A DNA stretch of 64,000 nucleotides from Octopus sinensis (Eukaryota), in contig NC_042997.1 of the NCBI RefSeq assembly GCF_006345805.1, positions 66,464,001-66,528,000 on the forward strand, read 5' to 3'. Shown here piece by piece: positions 54,121 to 64,000 of the stretch. A program made the translations under genes and the position numbers. Each line of letters begins with the position of its first letter. Position 1 is the stretch's first letter. The notes under the pieces were generated by a model. The model ran no database searches. It saw only the letters and a program-made list of their open reading frames with translations, and was not told where the DNA came from.

Positions 54121-54386
54121 GTAATCTTTTCTTTTCCTATGTATGCTGTGCCCCTTAACAACATTATAGGCCCTTGAGTACATCGATGTTCTTGGCCCTA
54201 TAATATTTATTTATTGACAGCAAGCTACAATAAACTTTACATTGATTAGAATCGAGTCCCTAGATTCATGAACCCTAGGATGTAATTTTGAGTCCAGTGT
54301 CCATGCCTTAATTCAGCAATAAATGTGTGGATTTCTTTATCTGAAATTCTGCTATTAAACCCACCAACAATATTTAGTTTCATACA

Positions 54387-54420
<34 letters not shown>

Positions 54421-54483
54421 CGTGTGTGCATGCATATGCGCAAACTTTAGATTTGTTAAAATATGTTTGTGATATATTTCGAC

Positions 54484-54874
54484 TTCACTGCAGTTACCAT
54501 AGAGAAAAAAATTCTCTTTTCTGGTAAAAGATTTAAAAACACCATATCTGCCCAGTGTTGCCCCCCTGTCAGATTCCCAGATGCAACATTTTTACCTTAT
54601 GCCTAAATACTGCTTGGCACTGATACTGCTGAATTTCTCCCAACATGGCTATCTAATAGTGCAACTCAGTCAATGCTATTGATTGTGTTTTAGTTGAAGC
54701 CACAACTTTTAAATCTGCCCAGAATTACCTCTTTTCGATATTTCCCATTAATAACTGTTGAAAAGCTAGAAATGCTACATTTGGGAATCCAACAGGGAGT
54801 AACACTGGGCAGATATGGTATTTTCGCACCTTTTACTGTAAGGGAGAATTTATCTCTATGGTAACTGGAATGAA
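54484..54874. mobile_element. MITE-like element with ~110-bp imperfect inverted arms
   Basis: cagttaccatagaga...atatctgcccagtgtt versus aacactgggcagatat...tctctatggtaactg. Confidence 0.75.
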
Positions 54875-54999
54875 TTTGTCTTTAAAAGTTGAATTATGCT
54901 ACAAACATATTTTAACTAACCTAAAATTCACTTATACCTAAACACTGCTTGGTGCTGATAGTGCTGAATATATATATAGGAAAAAGGATATATGTATTT

Positions 55000-55230
55000 G
55001 TATTGGGACACCTTCACATCGAAGACCGGTGATTGTCGTGCGCTGACGATGGGTAAATACCCAGAAACCTGGGTCCATGTGTATCGCGTCAGGTCGATGA
55101 TGGGAAGGATGGCTTCCCTTTGCAAATACTGATAGGGCACAGAAAGTGTGCCAATAGCTAGCTGGAGAAGATGTTCTCTTGGGGCTACAATCCACAGTAG
55201 CATCCACCCTTAGTGGTTAGCCACATTTAA
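55000..55230 (+). mobile_element. Possible RNase H remnant of an I/Ingi-type LINE
   Basis: GC-rich island encoding KYPETWVHVY..., loosely like W.HVYTDGS; weak. Confidence 0.3.
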
Positions 55231-55314
55231 GTGGCAAATATACTTCACATTGTCGTGCAGCTACTGTTTATACCTCGTTCAGAGATTTATTATATATATA
55301 TATATATTTATACA

Positions 55315-55347
<33 letters not shown>

Positions 55348-56416
55348 TATTCAGTCAAAAGAAGAGGATGGACAATATTCAAGAGCTTCACAGATCTTTC
55401 TAGGCTGTTAAGACAGATGCAGTTAATGTTAATCATTAGACATGTTGGTGACTCTGATAAAACTTAGCCAGATAATGAGTTTCAGCTGTTTACTGCCCTG
55501 GAAAGGATTGGTTAGACAAAGAAGTTAGCACAATGTTTTGGATGTAGTGACACAGTTGAGATGTTGAATGAACTGAGGCAATGTAAATTCAGGATTAGGC
55601 TTTAGTGGAAATAGATTGTTTAATAGAGCAGAAGAAGAAAAAGCATGTATGTGAGCTAATGGTTGATGTTTTTAGTTCCAACCTTCTTACTAGAACTGGT
55701 TGAACAGATATACAATTAAAAACATACCAACTGAGAACAGCCATACTTTTTCAAACAACATATCGACAGTAAAGAGTCATTTCCAATACAATAGGGAACA
55801 ACTTGAGAGAAATTTGGCAACTACTTCTAGCATGCTGAGTGAGTGTGTATACATTCTCTTGCTGGAAAGTTGATATTTACTTATTCATTCATAGATATCT
55901 GTATGTGGAGCAGCAGCATCACCCGCTTTTGCATAAGTGGCAGTTGTGTTTTCTAAAACATGAACGACTAATCAGGGTAGAAATATCTTTCTTCTCTGAA
56001 GAAGCTAGTCTTTAGGATGCAGTTTCTTTCATCTTTTACTTGTTTCAGTCATTAGACTGTGGCCATACTGGGACACTACCTTGAAGAATTTTCAGTCAAA
56101 AGAATTAACCCCAATACTTATTTTTCTTGTAAGCCTCGTGCTTATTCTATCAAACTCTTTTTGCTGAACTGCTAAGTTAGGGGGACATAAGCACACCAAC
56201 ACCAGTTGTCAAGAGGTGGGTGACAAACACATAAACACACACACATACACATGCTGAGCTTCTTTCAGTTTCTGTGTGCCAAATCCACTTACAAGGCTTT
56301 GTAGAAGGCTATAGTAGAAGGCACTTGCCCAAGGTGCTACACAGTGGGACTGAACACAGAACCATGTGGTTTGAAAGCAAGCACCTATTTTGCTGCTGTT
56401 GCTGTTTATTGTAATA

Positions 56417-56801
56417 CTAGCAGTATCGCCCGGCGTTGCTCAGGTTTGTAAGGGAAATAACTATAAAGCATTTTCAGAGAGTTATAGCCAAAAAATAGCA
56501 AAAAAATGGAAAAAAATTATGGCAAATTTTTTTTTGAGAGTTAAAAAAGGATAAAGTTGCGTCCCCTAGACAGTTTGTGGTTCGTGTTTCTGATTATCGA
56601 CCCCATGTCGAATTTATCGATTTTTTCAGAACTGGGGGAACTTTTCAAAATTTTCGCTGCGTTAGTTTTGAATTATGACATTGGGCTATGTGTGTGTCAA
56701 GTTTCATCAGAATCGGTTGAAAGCCGTGGTCAGGGTGAGGGTACAAGCAAACAGACACACAGAAACACGCACAGACAAACTGCCGTTTATATATAGAGAG
56801 A
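56417..56801 (-). mobile_element. Complete non-autonomous Helitron
   Basis: On the minus strand A|TC...gagcaacgccgggcg hairpin...CTAG|T, the canonical Helitron termini and AT target. Confidence 0.88.
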
Positions 56802-57769
56802 TATTCTAACCCAGTGTTTCTCAAGGTGGGGTGCATACCTGCATCCCACCCTGTGGACCATAGTAATATTTTTGGGTGACATGGAAATTCAGAAAGGGGT
56901 GTAAGAAGCCAGTGAATTAGCTTGCAGTAAAGTTTTAATTAAAACTCCTTTTTGTTTGTATGTGTGTGTGTGTGTATGTATGTTTGGTGAGCTATCTGTT
57001 GGGAAAGTAACAATAGTGCAAACCAAATGAAAAAAAAAGACGGAAGAAAAAAAGGCAGAATTCTGTTTTAAGCTATGAGGGGTTATATGGCATACTTAAA
57101 GCAGATTTCCACTAGAAAAAGAGTGTTATAAAGATTTGCTAAAACCAATCAAAGGGATGATAATATACATACAAAGATGTTGAATCTATTGCTGTTGTCA
57201 GAAATAAATGGCAAAAAAGGATTCGGTCTTACAGCAAAAGAGTTTGAAGAAAACAAAAAGTATGCAAAAATGAAAAGAGCAGTGCAGAAAAATAACATCT
57301 TTCTAAACATAGAAATAGAGTTATCATTCACTTGCTTAATGTGTGATAAGACATTGAGCAACTGGCTTAACTTCACTTCTCAGGATTCACTTCCATACAG
57401 TTGACCGAAATGACATAATGACAGTTCCAACAAACATGCTCATATGCCATATTTGTAGTAGTAAGACATACATCTTGCATTGGTCTAAAAAGACATTTAA
57501 ATATCCAGAAATCAGATAAGACAAACAACACTGTGCTACTTCAGCTGAGAGATATTTATATTGTTAGTTCTACGCCCTGCTTATATTTAAAAAAATAATA
57601 CACCCACTATGAACAGGCTAAGTTAATACATATGGAGAAGTAGTCTCCTCCTATTCAAAGCTTAACCATTTTTTGTTGGATGTGTTTTTCTCTGTACACG
57701 AGAACCTATGTGGTTTTGGAGTCCTGAGAGCTGTTTGAAATTTGCATGGAACAAATAGTATAAACATGT

Positions 57770-58835
57770 CTCAGCTGAAGCCAGCATGCTTTGCTGGATG
57801 TACAATGTCAGTGTGCATGTTCAACAGAGTGTAAGCATCTTGAGAGAAAAGTTAGACATAAGAGACATCAGATGTGGTGTGCAAGAGAGATGACTGCACT
57901 GATATGGTCATGGACGAGGACAGCTGTGTAAAGAAGTGCCGATCTCTAACTGTGGAGGGAACCTGTAGTAGAGATAGACTCAGGAAGACATGGGACAAAG
58001 TGGTGAAGCATGATCTTCAAGCTTTGAGCCTCACAGAGGCAATGACCAGTGATCAAGACTTTTGGTGATATGCTATGCTTGAGAAGGCCCGCCAAGCCAA
58101 GTGAAATCACAGTCATGGCTGACATTGGTGTCATGTAACTGGCACCCATGCTGGAGGCACATAAAGAACATGGTTGGAGCATTGGGCCTCATGGAGGCAA
58201 AGTAGCTGAGTTCCTTTGAAGCGTTTGGCCTCATGGAGGCAAAAATGGCTTAGTTCCTTTTGAGTGTTGGGCCTCACACAGACAAAAGTGGCTAAGTTCC
58301 TTTTGAGCAATGGGCCTCATGGAGGCAAAGTGACTGAGTTCCTTTCAAGCAATGGGCCTCATGGAGGCAAAGTGACTGAGTTCCTTTCAAGCAATGGGCC
58401 TCATGGAGGCAAAGTGACTGAGTTCCTTTCAAGCAATGGGCCTCATGGAGGTAAAGTGGCAAAGTTCCTTTCAAGCATTGGACCTCGTGGAGGCAAAGTG
58501 GCCAAATTCCTTTCAAGTGTTGGGCCCCATGAAGGCAAAGTGGTTGAGTTCCTTTGAGTGTTGGGCCTTACAGAGGCAGTGACCGAGACCTTTTGAACTA
58601 TGTTGTGTTTGAGAAGAAGACCCATCAAACTGAGCAAAATCACAGTCGTGACAGATGTGCTGGTGGCATTTAAAGCACCTGTAACGCTCTCAAAGTGGTT
58701 GGCATTAGGGAGGGCATCCAGCCGTAGAAAACCATGCCAAACCAGACTGGAGTCTGGTGCAGCCTTCCAGCATGCCAGCCCTGGTCAGACCAACCTATGC
58801 CAGCATGGATGGATGCTAAATGATGATGATGATGA
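57770..58835 (+). mobile_element. Family D RTE-like LINE 3' end
   Basis: DEDSCVKKCRSLTVEGTCSRDRLRKTWDKVVKHDLQALSLTEAMT, UTR and (GAT)n tail. Confidence 0.85.
58182..58565. repeat. 42-bp minisatellite (~9 units) in the LINE 3' UTR
   Basis: Unit tgggcctcatggaggcaaagtgactgagttcctttcaagcaa. Confidence 0.93.
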
Positions 58836-59535
58836 TGCAAATTTCAAATAGTTCTTAGGACCCAAAAACCATGTAGCTTGGGAAAAACATCCAACAAGAA
58901 GTGGTCAAGGAGGAGACTACCTCTCTATATGTAATAACTTAGCCTGTTCATAGTGGGTGTATTAATTTTTTAAATATAAGCAGGGCATGGAAAAATATCT
59001 AACCACAAACCTATCAGTTTGTGGTGAGATATTGCACAGATTGTTGCTTTATGGAGATTTGAATAATATATTCATACATTTCATAACCAGTGTGTATCAG
59101 GTTCTTATTGTGTATGATGTGTGGTTTGTGTATTTTTAATGGGTGTTGCATCTTTTGTTTTGGTGTGAGTGTGGGCGAATTTGTTCTTATATTGTTCTTT
59201 GGCTTGATTTACTAATTTATTAGAGTAACCATTATTAACTATTGCTTGCTTTATGCAAAGAATTTCTTTAAAACTCATAAAATAGAATGCACAACTATAC
59301 AACTTATCTCACACATAACCACAAACTCACAGAACACATACACACACACACACACTCACAATAGTACCATGGTGAAAAAAGTCTCCTTGTCAACACAAAA
59401 GCACAAACTAGTAAACCACAGGACATACTTCAGGCAACCAATGGTAACATAAAAATTTCAATGCAGGCATGGAAGTTGTAATAACCACTATTTCTTGACT
59501 TTCTCCTTAAAGGATCAACCAACAAAACCAGTATA

Positions 59536-59930
59536 TCTATTATATAAAATCCCTTCTGTCTGTCTGTCTGTGTGTCTTCTAGGATCTTGGGCATCCTCCA
59601 TCTGATTGTGCTCAAATTTGATACCAACGGTATCAGGGCATGTATAAGTCTTCAAAAAATTACAAAAATCGATTCCAGGTGAGAATACGATCGATAAAGC
59701 CGTGGGAACGTGCATTTGTATGCACAAGTACATCAGCTGTTGTGATCGATACTATGCGTACGTGAGAAAATGCACATGCAGTTTGGACAAAAAATGCTGG
59801 CTGGCTCGAAATAATGCCACAAAATGCAGTATATTTAAGAGACCAAAACAGTAAGAGCTGCTGAAATGGCTGAACAACACACAAGGCTTGCAACTGATGC
59901 TCAATGAAAAATATGTCAGCATGTCTTTGG
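59536..59930 (+). mobile_element. Helitron 5' portion
   Basis: A|TCtattatataaaatccc...ctgtctgtctg start typical of Helitron 5' ends; no 3' CTAG hairpin seen. Confidence 0.55.
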
Positions 59931-60455
59931 CCAAGTCTATCTTTATTTCTTCTTTTGCTGGTGTCTCAAATTTAGGTTAAATCAGTGTTTCTCAAAGGGG
60001 AAGCCTCTGGGATGGTCAGACAAGTTGTTTTGAGAAAATTTGGTTTAAATGTTTGACAACTCAGCACCGTCCATTGGACGGGGGGTGTTTTGCTCGTCAT
60101 AACATAAAGAAGAAATATGGAAATCCTCTGTGCAGTCACTCCACCTTTGGGTAAATATACTACTAAACTCATTGTACCCAAAGAAAAGATGTGATAGCCA
60201 TAACTAGAACACCGTTAATCATAGAACTCTTTGATTAATACAAGTTGGTGGCTAAACACTGCCATATTCACAACACCCACAACCAACATCACTAATTGTA
60301 ACTTTCAGAGAGAGCACTTTGGTGTAGTTATTTTCTGTTACATTGATTTATTACAAATATATTCTAAATTCAATAATTGTAGTCTTTTTTTGATTTCTAT
60401 AAGAGTATTTGATAACAATGCAGCTTACTATACTGTAATTAAATTGAAATGGTAT

Positions 60456-61241
60456 TGTAAAATGTGATCTCAGTATTTAAACTGAAATCAGCCTTAGTGG
60501 TCTCAGTATTTATCTGTGATGACTCTGTCCCACTTCTTCTTTGCTCAGCAGCTGTTTAAGAAAAATACCTAATGCTTAATGTTATTAGTCTCAGAGGTCT
60601 GTGAAAACCCAGATCACAGTAACTTTCCTCCAGTCCAAGCAGTTTAAAACTAATAGCCTTAGCTATAAGGTATTACCATAGTAATACCTTTCAGCTAAGT
60701 TCTAAGGCATTAGTATAATCTTATAAGACTCTATATAGTATGGTAGGGATTCAAACCCTAACTGCTAGATGCTAGCTTAGGCACCACAAGTGAGACACCA
60801 CATGTGAGCCACTACAGTTTCACGTGATTGATCTATGACCAATCAGTATGAAGTTGTAATATGGTTTTCTCAAAAGCTTGATGTGGTTTTCTCAAAAGCT
60901 TGATATGGTTTTCTTAAAAGTTCTAGAATTTATCCTGACTCCTATAAAAACCAGTTGGTGCTTAACTCAGCGACTAGATGACCAACAGACTGCTGATGCC
61001 AGAGACCACCTCAGACTATTGCGTAGACAACCCCAGACACTCATACGGGCTATGTGATGTCCCACAGATCACTTTCCACATTCACGGAACAGTTTTTCTC
61101 TCTTCAAAGTCAGCAGTTAATAATATTGTTCATTGTAAATAGCCAGAATTAAATATATTATGCCTGGCAATAAACATTACAGTTAAATATCCTTGAGTTT
61201 GCTCCAGCTTTTATTCATGCAGCAAGCCACAATATTCTACA
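60456..61241 (+). mobile_element. Putative solo LTR
   Basis: TG...CA ends (tgtaaaat / attctaca), CCAAT at 60839, three 22-bp repeats at 60860-60925, TATAAAA at 60943, AATAAA at 61169; no TSD found. Confidence 0.45.
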
Positions 61242-61461
61242 CATACACTACAACAATGCTGAGATAATATTCATACAACAATGATAATAAAGCCATCCAC
61301 TTTGACAATGGTAACTTAGACGTTTGAAGTATATCACCACTGACCAGCTCAACTCAAGCAACAGGCAAACCACATGACAATAGCTTTAAATGTTGTAAGA
61401 TACTTTAATTGTTGTCAGGCTCTATTATAATATAATAGAGTCCTACTACATAAAGAAAGCA

Positions 61462-61576
61462 GTTGCTGCTGCTGCTGCTGTTGCTGCTGCTACTGCTGCA
61501 GCTGCTGCTGCTGCAGCTGCTGCTGTTGCTGTTGTTGTTGTTGTTGTTGTTGTTGCTGCTGCTGCTGCTGCTGCTG

Positions 61577-61614
<38 letters not shown>

Positions 61615-61625
61615 TTGTTGTTGTT
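61462..61625. repeat. (GCT)n/(GTT)n trinucleotide microsatellite
   Basis: Direct inspection. Confidence 0.95.
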
Positions 61626-61875
61626 TGGCCCCAGATCAGACCTAAGTGTAAAAGTGTTCTAACTATGGCTCTTCTGTTTTTCTCTTTCAGACTCATTCTT
61701 CCTTGTTAATATGGATAGATATGATATGTTGGAAATTTGGCTGCTATCTCTTACAGGTCAATTGACCACATTGAAATTCACACATTGGTAATCTAGCAAC
61801 AAATCTTTAGGCAGTAATTATGTTGTAAGGTGCTGTTATAGTTGCAAAACATTGTTACAGTTGAAGGCATTAATA

Positions 61876-62100
61876 CAGGGTGGCCCAAAAGTAGTTTTAC
61901 AGTTATCATTTTGGCACTTTAAATTTCTTTTAAAACATTTTATTACATTTAAATTTCTATCTTATTCTATCTTACAATTAACTAAATTAGCATAGAATAT
62001 TAGTTTCATATTTTTTTTTTATAATTAAGATCTGAGTTGTTAATATATGAATGTGAAAGAGATTGTTGAATAACTGTAAACCTACTTTTGGGCCACCCTG
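61876..62100. mobile_element. Tc1/mariner-type MITE
   Basis: TA|cagggtggcccaaaagtag...ctacttttgggccaccctg TIRs. Confidence 0.85.
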
Positions 62101-62544
62101 TTTAACTATAAGGCAGTATTATACATAGTTGTATAACACTGTCATAATGTTGGCAAACACAACTATAACCTATGATATATGTTGGAATTGACTTCTATTG
62201 TCGTAAGGTGCATGAATAATGATGTAAGATAAAATATGTATGTTTATAAGGCTCTACTATTGCTGTAAGACAGCAATATAATAATTCACAATTATAGCCT
62301 GAAGAAACCACTATAATTTTGCAAGTGACAACTATATTCATAAGGAAGTGCTATGGGTGTAAGATTCTATTATAATGTGTCTGAGAACAAAATGCCAAGG
62401 TTAAAGCCCATAAATGTTTGTGTTGGTGAACCAACATCATTAGCATTCATCCCTTTATCCCTTCTTCCAGCAAAGTAACACTAACTAGAGCAACGTGAAT
62501 TCTCTGAAGAACACCTACGTGAATAATCTTTCTTAATTCCACTG

Positions 62545-62640
62545 TCTTCTGACGTCTTTTGTGCACGCATCACCGATTGGTCAATTTTAACCAATCAGTC
62601 ACTTTACAGCAACATTAGACTTGGATAGTTGCCAGACAAA
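62545..62640. promoter_or_regulatory. Promoter-like motif cluster
   Basis: TGACGTC at 62550, opposed CCAAT boxes (ATTGG 62576, CCAAT 62591) and a GTTGCC half-site, in locally CpG-containing unique sequence. Confidence 0.3.
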
Positions 62641-64000
62641 ATATGAAGGAGACAATGGAAAGCAAACTGTCAGCTAGTAGAATAAAAACATTTATCAAAT
62701 GAAACATCTTTCAAATATTGTTGACCTGCGTGATCTTGAAACACAATTATAATAATATCATAGGAAATATTTAAATATAATAAATATAGTAGGCTGAGGG
62801 GAGAATTTCAGTTTATTTTATTCACTTTTGATGTTTTATTCATAGCTTTAACCCATTCAAGTTCAAAGCATTTAACATACTATCTACAAGACAAGAAAAT
62901 CACTCATAAATAACTAGGTTTAAATTTATAATTATCTGATATACCATTGTATCTCTGCTGAATTTCATTGTTAAGAGTTGTTGATAGCAGGAACTACTAT
63001 TGAAATTCACGTTATTGTTGTTGTTTAACCATAGGTCAGTCCTTATCAAGCAATGGTAGGACAAGAAAAGCTACGATTATCCAAGCTTTTATTTATTTAT
63101 TTGTTTGCAGAAATATATCTAATATGTCTATGAATTTGTTTTGCAAGATTCATGATGTGAAACCATGTGTTTCCTCCTGTTCTGTTTGGTCCATTATCTT
63201 TTGGACTAAACAGAACCAGAAGAAACACATGGCTGGAAGAATCACTGAAAAGGTCACAGATGTGTGACAAAAGATTTCCAGACAATGGACATAAGATCAA
63301 ATAAAAATAATAATAAATGAGTGAAGAATGAATATATAGTGCATGTGTTTATTTGGCAAGAAAAAAAAATGACCATCCCGAAATATAACAATATTTAATG
63401 TCCTTCCATTTTTAAAATAACCATTAAGATGCAATTTAGAGGAGATCTACCTACTTTTTCCAACATGTTAAGTGATCATGCTGAGACTTCCTGCTTGATT
63501 TGTTATTTTTGTAGTTGCAGTTGTTGCTACTTAGTTTCAGGTCAATATTACTCAAGCAGATCTGAGCTCAAATAAAGGCTTTCCAGCTGTGACCAATCCA
63601 TCTTTTTTTGTTTATAGAGTGTTTATCATTCACTGCTTCTTTACCTTATCTTAGGTATCATGGTGTAATAGGAGAACCATTTGATTGCTATTTATTTGTA
63701 GTAACTATTAAATATGCATATGCAGTGGTGTTGTCAGAAGGCTGCACCAGGCTCCAGTCTGATCTGGCAGTGTTTCTACAGCTGGATGCCCTTCCTAACG
63801 CCAGCCACTTTGTGAGTGTAGTGGGTGCTTTTTACGTGCCACCTGCACAGGTGCCAGGCGAGGCTGGCAACGACCATGGTCGGATTGGTGCATTTTACGT
63901 GCTAACGGCACGGAAGCCAGTCGAGGCGACGCTGGCATCGGCCACGATTCAGATAGCGCTTTTTATGTGCCACCGGCACGGAAGCAAAATAATAAATTAC

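Noticed and set aside
57149-57404. Opposed 75-aa ORFs
   Set aside because: Possibly a LINE C-terminal remnant, but there is no diagnostic motif I can support.
61490-61696. Poly-Q/poly-A ORF on the minus strand (poly-L/C on plus)
   Set aside because: Pure trinucleotide microsatellite; no convincing splice sites or non-repetitive coding flanks.
63097-63300. Possible exon or ORFs after the acceptor at ~63110
   Set aside because: All frames hit stops within ~50 codons and no motif was recognised.

Overview
Eukaryotic, AT-rich, repeat-dense DNA. The SINE, LINE and microsatellite landscape looks like a coleoid cephalopod, most likely Octopus (inference from repeat content, not verified). The one gene I recognise firmly is MLH1: its last three coding exons lie on the + strand (2190-2282, 2793-2885, 15134-15322, ending ...DLYKVFERC*). 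Most of the rest is decayed mobile DNA: Tc1/mariner, pogo, Chapaev-like, hAT-like, Merlin, piggyBac-type MITEs, Helitrons, RTE/CR1/R4-type LINE fragments, several tRNA-derived SINE families and a probable solo LTR. The main unexplained observations are (i) a phase-compatible chain of four short minus-strand exons (51.06 to 40.94 kb) spelling a 58-aa N-terminus I do not recognise, convergent on MLH1, and (ii) several long fold-back inverted repeats, including a ~220-bp near-perfect hairpin ~105 nt from one of those exons and a perfect 53-bp fold-back at a LINE truncation junction. No CRISPR array, rRNA or convincing functional tRNA gene was found. Repeat boundaries are approximate unless a TIR/TSD is quoted; family assignments come from motif recognition, not database searches.
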